From: a virus
Strand: one strand, 5' to 3'
IMG/VR virus record: IMGVR_UViG_3300030012_002072
Span: 11,570 to 75,569 of that record
DNA: 64,000 nucleotides
Below are positions 46,969 to 53,757 of the stretch, piece by piece. A program made the translations under genes and the position numbers. Below the pieces are notes generated by a model. It was not told the origin of the DNA. It saw only the letters and a list, made by a program, of their open reading frames with translations, and did no database searches. Position 1 is the first letter of the stretch, and each line of letters opens with the position of its first letter.

Positions 46969-47402
46969 TATATATCCCCCTTTTCTCTGACTTCACTTCT
47001 TATTACCTCAAAACCATTAGGATATCGCTTTTCTAGCTTCCTAATGTTTTCATCCATTACTTCATCAGGTGTAAAACCTAATGCTTTGCATCCTTGAACC
47101 CAATACCATAATACATCACCGAGTTCTCGTTTCATATGGAAAATTTCATCGTTTGAGAACTTACTATCTGCTTGAAATACCTTTTTCTTTACAACTTCAG
47201 CAAATTCTCCACTTTCTGCCATCATTCCTATCAATGCAGTCATCAATCTTGCCATATCTACCTCTTGTTCGAGGACTTCATTACCTTTCATTGAGTAATT
47301 ACCTCTTAAATAATCCAATCGTTCACACATTTTAGAGGTATCCTTAGATGTGTTTGAGGTGCAATGGTCAACGAACATAGCATATTCGTTTATTTTACTC
47401 AT
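46968..47402 (-). CDS. MazG-like nucleotide pyrophosphohydrolase
   Basis: ESGEFAEVVKK, RELGDVLWY, NIRKLEKRYP. Confidence 0.88.
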   Translation of the reverse strand: MSKINEYAMFVDHCTSNTSKDTSKMCERLDYLRGNYSMKGNEVLEQEVDMARLMTALIGMMAESGEFAEVVKKKVFQADSKFSNDEIFHMKRELGDVLWYWVQGCKALGFTPDEVMDENIRKLEKRYPNGFEVIRSEVREKGDI

Positions 47403-47620
47403 TTAGCACCTCCTATTACGATTTTAAACTTGTTTTCTGGTATCAAAACTTCACTACTGATAACTTTACCATTAGCAAGTTCTACATCCATGTGTGGAAC
47501 ACAGTTCCTAGCAGGACAACCATTGAATTTAGACTTTGGTTGAGTCCCTTCAGGATATCGAATTGCTACTATAGTGCTACCATTTGCTTTCATACCTACT
47601 TTATAATGTTTACTTGCCAA
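47399..47620 (-). CDS. hypothetical protein
   Basis: TTG start, operon packing. Confidence 0.5.
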   Translation of the reverse strand: MASKHYKVGMKANGSTIVAIRYPEGTQPKSKFNGCPARNCVPHMDVELANGKVISSEVLIPENKFKIVIGGAK

Positions 47621-47888
47621 TGTCTTTCACTTCTCCTTTTGGTATCACTTGGTATGCACCTTTGTTGTAAGCAATCGATACCGTGTATTGCTTACTGATG
47701 TCTTTCTTGTATGAAGTATCTTCAGGCACAGTATATTCTCCAACTGGTGCACTTGGATAATCTTCACTCTTTTTAAATTGTTTACTTTGTTGCTTAGTAA
47801 AATTTGGTTTCGCTTTTTTACTTCGCTTTCCTACTTGTTTGCGTTTACGACCATGAATGTCGTATCCTAGACTGCCTTTAATTATCAT
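47610..47888 (-). CDS. conserved phage hypothetical protein
   Basis: Basic N-terminus, AYNKGAYQV; GGAGG RBS. Confidence 0.65.
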   Translation of the reverse strand: MIIKGSLGYDIHGRKRKQVGKRSKKAKPNFTKQQSKQFKKSEDYPSAPVGEYTVPEDTSYKKDISKQYTVSIAYNKGAYQVIPKGEVKDIGK

Positions 47889-48084
47889 AATCCTCCAAAC
47901 TGATGTTATATATTTCACACAGTCGATTTAACATTGTTTCATATTCAACTGTCAACTCGACTATATGTTCGTTAAGATGTTGTAAATCATCAAGGCATAA
48001 CTTGATTTCTTCTTCGTGAAGTTTAAGTTCTGCCTTGATTTTCTGCCCCTCTGTAATGGTAGGGAATTGTATGACCTTACCCAT
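47878..48084 (-). CDS. hypothetical coiled-coil protein
   Basis: MGKVIQFP start motif. Confidence 0.6.
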   Translation of the reverse strand: MGKVIQFPTITEGQKIKAELKLHEEEIKLCLDDLQHLNEHIVELTVEYETMLNRLCEIYNISLEDYDN

Positions 48085-48160
48085 ATTTATTATTGTCGTT
48101 GTTGTCAAAATACATATAGATTAAGAACATTGCCACTAGAATTAATACTGTTAAGTCCAT
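48077..48160 (-). CDS. 27-aa single-TM peptide MDLTVLILVAMFLIYMYFDNNDNNKYG
   Basis: Translated by hand; TAATG overlap. Confidence 0.45.
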   Translation of the reverse strand: MDLTVLILVAMFLIYMYFDNNDNNKYG

Positions 48161-48336
48161 TATCCACACACCTCGTCCCATTTCTTTGCATCGATTGGTG
48201 TATGCATTGTTACTTTTACTTTCTTGTGGTTAGGTTTTGCTACTGAATACTCTAATTCAATACCTGCACCTCTTAGAATTGCTACTTTCTTTTTGAAAGT
48301 CTGAAAGTCTTTTTGTGATAGAATTGCTACTGTCAT
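48160..48336 (-). CDS. 58-aa hypothetical protein MTVAILSQKDF...
   Basis: Translated by hand; ATGA and TAATG overlaps. Confidence 0.55.
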   Translation of the reverse strand: MTVAILSQKDFQTFKKKVAILRGAGIELEYSVAKPNHKKVKVTMHTPIDAKKWDEVCG

Positions 48337-48470
48337 TTGCCTTGCCCCCTGTATTTCTTGTAAGAACGCTTTTTGTTCTTGTTCATATTGATACTAAATG
48401 TGCCACGACCATTGCCTTGTGAAGTTTTCTTCTTGTGCGACACATGATTATTTCCCCATGCTTTTGCCAT
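48333..48470 (-). CDS. 45-aa basic protein ending KKRSYKKYRGQGK
   Basis: Translated by hand; AAGGAG RBS, TAATG overlap. Confidence 0.65.
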   Translation of the reverse strand: MAKAWGNNHVSHKKKTSQGNGRGTFSINMNKNKKRSYKKYRGQGK

Positions 48471-48688
48471 TATGCACTCTCCTTAGTATTCCATACCACT
48501 TTTATACCTCGTCTTGCGAGTTCGTTTAGGCACTTCTGCCTTTGCTTTGGTTTCACATTAGATTTGTTAATCTCTGCGAATAATTCTTCCTTTGGTGTAT
48601 TCTTGAGATAGTAGTGTCTTACAGGTAGTTGACTTGCAGGAACACCTCTCTTATACACTTTTTCTGATGGTTTAAACTTTGCTGGCAT
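48470..48688 (-). CDS. 72-aa basic hypothetical protein MPAKFKPS...
   Basis: AAGGAGG RBS before ATG at 48688. Confidence 0.7.
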   Translation of the reverse strand: MPAKFKPSEKVYKRGVPASQLPVRHYYLKNTPKEELFAEINKSNVKPKQRQKCLNELARRGIKVVWNTKESA

Positions 48689-48823
48689 TATGCCCTCCTT
48701 ATAAATAAAAATTGTTAATCTAAGTGTAGTGTCTACCTCCTCCACTACTGCTGATTGTCGGTATCAGAACCCCACACTCATTAATCTAGGAAAATGTGGT
48801 TTCCTTTTTCTTTTTATACATAT

Positions 48824-48862
48824 ATTATACTCACTTTTATACTGATTGTCAAGAACTATTTT
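48824..48862 (-). promoter_or_regulatory. sigma70-type promoter with a ~130-nt structured leader
   Basis: TTGACA (48847-48852), 17 nt, TATAAT (48824-48829). Confidence 0.85.
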
Positions 48863-48903
48863 GAATTAAGGTAGGAAATTTCGTGTGTCTACTTTTTGAA
48901 GAT

Positions 48904-48936
48904 AAAAAAAGAGGGAAGCGTTGATTAACTTCCCTC
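48904..48936 (-). terminator. intrinsic terminator ending the large ncRNA
   Basis: GAGGGAAG...CTTCCCTC followed by T7. Confidence 0.85.
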
Positions 48937-49880
48937 CAAAAAACTGTTTGTTTTTTACTTGAAGACTTACTGCCCCACTAAGTAGTTTACTCTGGGAGGG
49001 GGACTTGCCCACCAAACCAATCTTTCAACTATCCTCGCAGTAAGTGTGGAGTTCTCTATACGCCACTCAGTCTGCAATTAGATTATAAGCATCGCTTCCT
49101 CTAATCTCGTGATGTGGCTCTATAAACTCCTTCGCCCATGACACCTATGCTCGCATTTACTTGAGGGTGAGGATTGAAGACTTGGGGTGTTCACATCGAA
49201 ATGCTACTTACTGGTATCTTCCAAATCACATCACTTGCACACTGAAGTGTCGTTTTTCTACTTTGACAGGTAAACCATGAATCGCCGTAGAGTTAAGTGC
49301 TGTCCGTTCACAGTCGACAGCATACTGATTGCAATAAGTGTGTTGCAATCCACATTGAGTTTTCTCCTTGTATCCACTCTTTATACATCAGTCGCTCTAC
49401 CTAAAGTATATGCTGTTGTGTATAAACCCTGTTTCGTGTCAGCGTGGTTTCTTCACTCTATCTGATATTATCGTAGTATCTGATGTCAATCACGGTGTAA
49501 TTTTGGATTTGCACTTGCTAATATACACTAACACAAGGTTTTTAAGTGCCGACACACTCCTGAAGGGGTTTCTCTCTACGCTACTTACCACCAGTGGACT
49601 ACAATCATGGGTGTTGACCTATGTAGTTTGGCATTACTGATAAGAGTAGAATCCTTACTTCTTTACCGACCAGTCAATCGAATATGCACTCCCTTTTATG
49701 TTCGCAAAATATGTCTGCATACGACTATCAAAACTACGCATATTATCTCTCTGTTACTGCACCTCTCAATATGTTTTGAGCATCAGGCATTTTTTATGTG
49801 ATGCCTCACGAAGTAGCAATCCTTTGTCGTGGTAAAACATTACGCACTTGGTTTGCTTTATTTGTTTCTTTTCAGAATAT
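48904..49880 (-). ncRNA. candidate large structured non-coding RNA (~975 nt)
   Basis: Own promoter and terminator; no minus-strand ORF of 60 aa or more; many local and long-range complementary segments. Confidence 0.75.
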
Positions 49881-49886
49881 AAGTAT

Positions 49887-49915
49887 ATTATATCCGCTTT
49901 TTAACCTTTTGTCAA
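49887..49915 (-). promoter_or_regulatory. promoter of the large ncRNA
   Basis: TTGACA (49910-49915), 17 nt, TATAAT (49887-49892). Confidence 0.87.
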
Positions 49916-50014
49916 GAAAAATTTTGATTTATTTCTTGAAAGGTGGGGTCGAGTTGCTACCATCAAATTGGTCTGTTATCTCGACCCCTTCTCTCTTTTC
50001 TCAAATATATGTAT

Positions 50015-50043
50015 ATTATACATACTTCAAGACCAGTTGTCAA
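50015..50043 (-). promoter_or_regulatory. gene-less promoter reading into a 9-bp hairpin and on towards the ncRNA
   Basis: TTGACA (50038-50043), 17 nt, TATAAT (50015-50020). Confidence 0.82.
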
Positions 50044-50073
50044 TAGAAAATGTGATTTATTTTCTACTTAACT

Positions 50074-50156
50074 CACTTTTAAACTGGGTGTAGGAGTCGA
50101 ACCTACCACCACCCCAACGGGTATGCTTCCATAGACACTTCCCCAGTTTAAAAGTG
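50074..50156 (-). ncRNA. tRNA-like element with truncated anticodon arm and 15-bp closing stem
   Basis: T-arm GTAGG-TTCGACT-CCTAC, D-arm with GG, ACCC-GTTG-GGGT mini arm, no CCA. Confidence 0.6.
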
Positions 50157-50185
50157 GATTACTTAGGGTAATCACTCCTTGACAC

Positions 50186-50497
50186 TTATTGTGAGATTGC
50201 GTCAACTAATCTTTGTAGGTCTTGCTTACCTGCTTTGACAAGTGTTGGAAGTTCAATTCCAAAGTGTTCTGAGATAGTTGCTACAAGTTCTGCCTTTGCT
50301 ACAACTGGTTCGCCAGTTTTAGTAGTTCTTGGTTGTGCCTTGTAAACGCCTTCTCTTGAAAGTTTAGCAATGATACTTCTTGTAGTTTTGCCAAGTTCTC
50401 TAGCAAGTTCATCTACTGTTTCCCTAGTAGGGTTTGCTGTGTATTGCTCAGTCATTTGAGCAACCATTTCGTCTGTATAATTTTTAGCGTTTGCCAT
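50186..50497 (-). CDS. T5 A2-like DNA-binding protein (paralog 1); longer in-frame isoform from 50602
   Basis: NYTDE..., SIIAKLSREGVY, C-terminal K..LV ... L.KA.K..L; GGGAG RBS. Confidence 0.78.
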   Translation of the reverse strand: MANAKNYTDEMVAQMTEQYTANPTRETVDELARELGKTTRSIIAKLSREGVYKAQPRTTKTGEPVVAKAELVATISEHFGIELPTLVKAGKQDLQRLVDAISQ

Positions 50498-50524
50498 TTT
50501 GTTTTTTCTCCCGATTAAAATAAT

Positions 50525-50659
50525 ATTATATCCAATTTGTCTTGTTTTGTCAAGAACTTTCTTGAAAAACTTTGATTTATTTTTTTGCTTTGATTTTTTC
50601 ATCTGTTCTCTCCTCATTCAATATACATATATTATATACGCTTTGTCGAGGATAGTCAA
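50525..50659 (-). promoter_or_regulatory. two tandem sigma70 promoters of the A2-like gene
   Basis: TTGACA 50548-50553 / TATAAT 50525-50530 and TTGACT 50654-50659 / TATAAT 50631-50636. Confidence 0.85.
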
Positions 50660-50672
50660 GAAAAACTTTGAT

Positions 50673-51290
50673 TTATTTTAGATTTTCTACTACTTTGTTA
50701 ATCAAAGCAAGACGACCTTCTGCTTTCACATTGTAGTCAATGCTATGCCATTCTCCAAGTGTAGTGAACACTCTCTCCTTAAGAATTGTCATCTGGTCAT
50801 ATTTTGACAGTGCTATCGCATCGTTGGGTGAGAACTTCCACTTTGTTAGTGGTGAACTCTGTCTTTTGTCGATGCGATACTCCTGTTCTTCTTCGGAAAT
50901 TGACAACCAGCATTTGATAAACTTTACACCAGACTGTCTGCTTTCCCATTCTAGCACATTGTCCATGAACTCATTGTATTGATACTCTGTGCACCAACCA
51001 TTGAGGTATTGAACCATTGCTCTTGAATACCAACTTCTGTCGAAGAATACGATTTGATTATCACTTGGCAACTTATGTTCCCAACTTTCCAACCAGTTCG
51101 CCATTTCTACTTCTGTCGGTTTAGAACTGAATGACACGCTGTATTTACTTGTCGGCAAATAGTGGGTAAGTTCACGGATTGTCCCTGTTTTACCTGCTGT
51201 ATCACGACCTTCTAGTATTACAGCAACTCTGCCAAAGTCATGCTCAACGATTTGATTGAGTTTGATTTGTGCTTGTTGTAGTTGTGTCAT
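50673..51290 (-). CDS. ppk2: polyphosphate kinase 2
   Basis: EGRDTAGKTG, FDRSWYSR, WKFSPND. Confidence 0.92.
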   Translation of the reverse strand: MTQLQQAQIKLNQIVEHDFGRVAVILEGRDTAGKTGTIRELTHYLPTSKYSVSFSSKPTEVEMANWLESWEHKLPSDNQIVFFDRSWYSRAMVQYLNGWCTEYQYNEFMDNVLEWESRQSGVKFIKCWLSISEEEQEYRIDKRQSSPLTKWKFSPNDAIALSKYDQMTILKERVFTTLGEWHSIDYNVKAEGRLALINKVVENLK

Positions 51291-51313
51291 GTCGTTCTCC
51301 TAAATATGTATAT

Positions 51314-51342
51314 ATTATACTCGCTTTTATACTCATTGTCAA
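51314..51342 (-). promoter_or_regulatory. promoter of ppk2
   Basis: TTGACA (51337-51342), 17 nt, TATAAT (51314-51319). Confidence 0.85.
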
Positions 51343-51765
51343 CAAAAAATGCGAAGTATTTATAAAAAACCACAGTTTAATTCGGGGGGCGGGACGCGAA
51401 ACCTGTTCGGGTGCTTCGCAAAACTTCCAAAAAACGCAAAAAACTTGCATTAATTGTTGACAACCCCGCAAAAGCGTGTTATACTATAATTAACCTAATT
51501 ATAGACTAGTGCATCACTTTGACACTTCGTTTTAGCACTCACGCATCACTTTAGCACTCATCACTTTTGCACTCTGGCGCGGTTCGCGCAAACGATTCGA
51601 CCTATAAAACCGCTGTTTTAGCGGGGTTAGGCGAATATTGGGGAAACGATGTGGCTAATAATGGAATACAGCGCAGGCAAGACTTAATAAAGTGAAATAG
51701 TGATAAAAAATTAAAAAAACGCTTGACACCCGCAAAAGATTGTGATATAATCGGCGCGATTTGCC

Positions 51766-51785
51766 TGTGGATAACTTGTGGATAA
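51766..51785 (-). promoter_or_regulatory. two tandem perfect DnaA boxes
   Basis: TTATCCACA on the minus strand at 51766-51774 and 51777-51785. Confidence 0.8.
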
Positions 51786-51848
51786 ATATTTTTAAAATAA
51801 TTTGCTTTTCCTATTGACAATGCTTGAAAAATCATTATAATAGATAGC

Positions 51849-51989
51849 ATGAAAAACGAAAAGAAAGTTGAAAAAACAAAAGCAACATTAGTTCGTGAAG
51901 TAGAAGTAAAATTCAAAAAGGACAAAGGTTTCTTTGACTCCTTAGAAAGAGCAAACAAAGAAACAATCGTCAAATTACTCTCTCTTTAG
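51849..51989 (+). CDS. 46-aa leaderless protein resembling the isolated C-terminal domain of A2-like proteins
   Basis: MKNEKKVEKTKATLVREVEVKFKKDKGFFDSLERANKETIVKLLSL; TTGACA 51814 / TATAAT 51836 upstream. Confidence 0.65.
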   Translation: MKNEKKVEKTKATLVREVEVKFKKDKGFFDSLERANKETIVKLLSL

Positions 51990-52079
51990 TCGACAGTTGT
52001 TAATAGTTTCCGAAGTGTAAGTTACTTTGTTCCTCAAAACTAATCATCTGTTCCTATTGGCACGGAGCAGGTGGTCGCC

Positions 52080-52125
52080 AACCCGACAGATGTCCTAGAG
52101 GAACGGACAAATGTCGGGTTTTTTT
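52080..52125 (+). terminator. long terminator-like hairpin
   Basis: AACCCGACA..TGTCC-loop-GGACA..TGTCGGGTT plus T-run. Confidence 0.75.
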
Positions 52126-52209
52126 GTTAAAAAATTTTAAAAAACCTCTTGACAAATGTGAAAAAGCGTGCTACAATACTAGGGTGGCGGGCGGGATACC
52201 CACGAGACT

Positions 52210-52229
52210 TGTGGATAACCTGTGGATAA
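52210..52229 (-). promoter_or_regulatory. two tandem perfect DnaA boxes
   Basis: TTATCCACA on the minus strand at 52210-52218 and 52221-52229. Confidence 0.8.
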
Positions 52230-52457
52230 GTCGGCTTCGCCCAGGTAGACTTTGCACTTGCTTCACTTTTCCACTCTGGCGCAGACGCATCACTTTAACA
52301 CTCATCACTTTTCCACTCTGGCGCAGGGGCGCGCTGTAAATCGCTGTAATTTTATATCACGCAGGGGGTGTCCCTCAAAATTAATTGACGAAAAAAAAGT
52401 GGTGGAAGAATCCAGCAATCTTTGATATAATCTCAGTATGAGTTTTCTTCCACCTTG

Positions 52458-52553
52458 CTAGAGGTCGAGACTTCTAGCTATGACTGTGAGGGGTAGCTTA
52501 GTGCGAGTTCGTTATCCCTTCCCCTAGAGGTCGGTTAGTGCGAGTTCGTTATC
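52458..52553. repeat. interleaved direct repeats TTAGTGCGAGTTCGTTATC (52498-52516, 52535-52553) and CTAGAGGTCG (52458-52467, 52524-52533)
   Basis: Exact matches read directly. Confidence 0.88.
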
Positions 52554-52679
52554 GCTGTTTCCCTCTCAATCAATAAATATATTATCGGTGATGTTGCCCA
52601 AAAAGTCAAGAAAAAAATGAAAAAAAGTTAAAATATTTTTTTAATTATTTTTTCGAAAAGACTTGACAAAACTCAAACG

Positions 52680-52716
52680 CACCTTTAAACTTAAACTATG
52701 TTTAAGTTTAAAGGTG
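52680..52716. repeat. perfect 17-bp inverted repeat with 3-nt loop
   Basis: CACCTTTAAACTTAAAC-TAT-GTTTAAGTTTAAAGGTG. Confidence 0.92.
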
Positions 52717-52738
52717 TGTCAAGTTTCTTGACAAGGAC

Positions 52739-52772
52739 AAAAAAAAAGGGGGCAAATTGCCCCCTTTCTTTT
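52739..52772. terminator. bidirectional intrinsic terminator ending the putative pre-early operon
   Basis: A-run, GGGGGC-AAATT-GCCCCC, T-rich tail. Confidence 0.85.
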
Positions 52773-52785
52773 CGCATACTCCCCT

Positions 52786-53292
52786 CTAAAAAAATCGGTC
52801 ATTCCATTCTTTAGCGTTAATGGATATGCCCCCCATATCTTGAATTGCCCCAAGATTTAATTGGTTATCATCATAGAAAAATTTTTCTAAATGCTTGAAT
52901 GGTTTAAGATTAAAAAAGGGATTCAATAACCTCTTTTTTAATTTCCAATCAACAGTTGTTTCGCCAATCTTCCTAGACTTAACATAATCATAGTAAATAC
53001 CCATTGAATGAATATACTCCCAATCCCATTTGCCAAGCTCTCTAGCTGTGCATAAGATAATGATATGCCCTTGCTTGTAGTCCATTTCTAATTGCTTATA
53101 CATAGGCAACAAATCATCTTTAAAAATGTTTTCCTTAGTATTGTTAGCTTTCCAATGTTCAAGGTCTAAGTTTCCATTTTCATCATGCCTTGCTCTATGG
53201 CTAGAATCTATTATTGTGCCATCTAGGTCATAAATCATAATTTTCGGATTCATGTTCCATAGTCTAGGACAAAATTCAGTTTTCTGTTTCAT
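52786..53292 (-). CDS. HAD-family phosphatase (PNK-phosphatase / nucleotidase-like)
   Basis: YDLDGTI, CTAR, K, YDDN motifs. Confidence 0.82.
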   Translation of the reverse strand: MKQKTEFCPRLWNMNPKIMIYDLDGTIIDSSHRARHDENGNLDLEHWKANNTKENIFKDDLLPMYKQLEMDYKQGHIIILCTARELGKWDWEYIHSMGIYYDYVKSRKIGETTVDWKLKKRLLNPFFNLKPFKHLEKFFYDDNQLNLGAIQDMGGISINAKEWNDRFF

Positions 53293-53567
53293 ATCGCCCC
53301 CCATTGATTAAGCAAATTTGTTGCTTGTGCGAAGAACATAACAATAGTAAGAAACATTAATTTTCTCTTGTTCTCATTCCATGCAACCCAATAGATAGCA
53401 AGGTTTCCAGAAAAAACCATAAACCAAGCATAAAGAGGGGGCAAGGGCAATAGCCCTTGAATCCCCAACGCTATCAAAAATGTTGAAAGAGTAAAAACAA
53501 CATTATTAATATCTTTTCTTTTTTGATAGTGAACATCACGAAGATAATTTTGATCCGATTTAAACAT
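53289..53567 (-). CDS. membrane protein (3 TM)
   Basis: Hydrophobic segments; GGGG RBS. Confidence 0.6.
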   Translation of the reverse strand: MFKSDQNYLRDVHYQKRKDINNVVFTLSTFLIALGIQGLLPLPPLYAWFMVFSGNLAIYWVAWNENKRKLMFLTIVMFFAQATNLLNQWGAI

Positions 53568-53757
53568 CTTTCAACCCCTTTTTCATTTGGATTTTATTCA
53601 TCTGTTCCATGTGTCGCCATGCTCTATCTTCTGCTTTCGCCTTTTTCCAATCTTCATCTGACTGAAATCCATGCCTTTTGAAATCAGGAATTTCTTTTTT
53701 CAGTTTTCTGATTATCTCGGAATCAGGTTTAAATTCTAACTCTAATTGTTTAACCAT
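53560..53757 (-). CDS. hypothetical protein
   Basis: GGGGG RBS; operon packing. Confidence 0.6.
   Translation of the reverse strand: MVKQLELEFKPDSEIIRKLKKEIPDFKRHGFQSDEDWKKAKAEDRAWRHMEQMNKIQMKKGLKDV

Larger units (their letters stand above)
51541..52324 (+). repeat. 40-nt direct repeat ACGCATCACTTTARCACTCATCACTTTTSCACTCTGGCGC at 51541-51580 and 52285-52324, partial copy at 52263-52282
   Basis: 38/40 identity read directly. Confidence 0.9.

Noticed and set aside
1846-47698. Numerous plus-strand ORFs opposite minus-strand genes (e.g. 1846, 7116, 12184, 16829, 20889, 29168, 38081)
   Set aside because: Antisense shadows of well-supported genes, with no independent motifs
48904-49880. Group I/II intron, RNase P RNA or tmRNA
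   Set aside because: It does not interrupt a gene, and I could not find their hallmark motifs or a tRNA-like CCA end by eye; cmscan is still needed
49277-50046. Plus-strand ORFs 49277-49465, 49368-49640, 49607-49801 and 49798-50046
   Set aside because: No RBS or promoter, atypical composition, and antisense to a unit with a clear promoter and terminator; better explained as the ncRNA's shadow
50074-50156. Functional tRNA gene
   Set aside because: No 7-nt anticodon loop, a mismatch in the acceptor stem and no CCA; reported as tRNA-like instead
51244-52339. ORFs 51244-51471, 51269-51460, 51602-51973 and 52124-52339
   Set aside because: They run across promoters, repeats and DnaA boxes with no RBS; 51602-51973 is antisense to the better-supported 51849-51989 gene
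51541-52553. Repeats as a CRISPR array
   Set aside because: Only 2-3 copies, irregular spacing, no spacer periodicity and no cas genes
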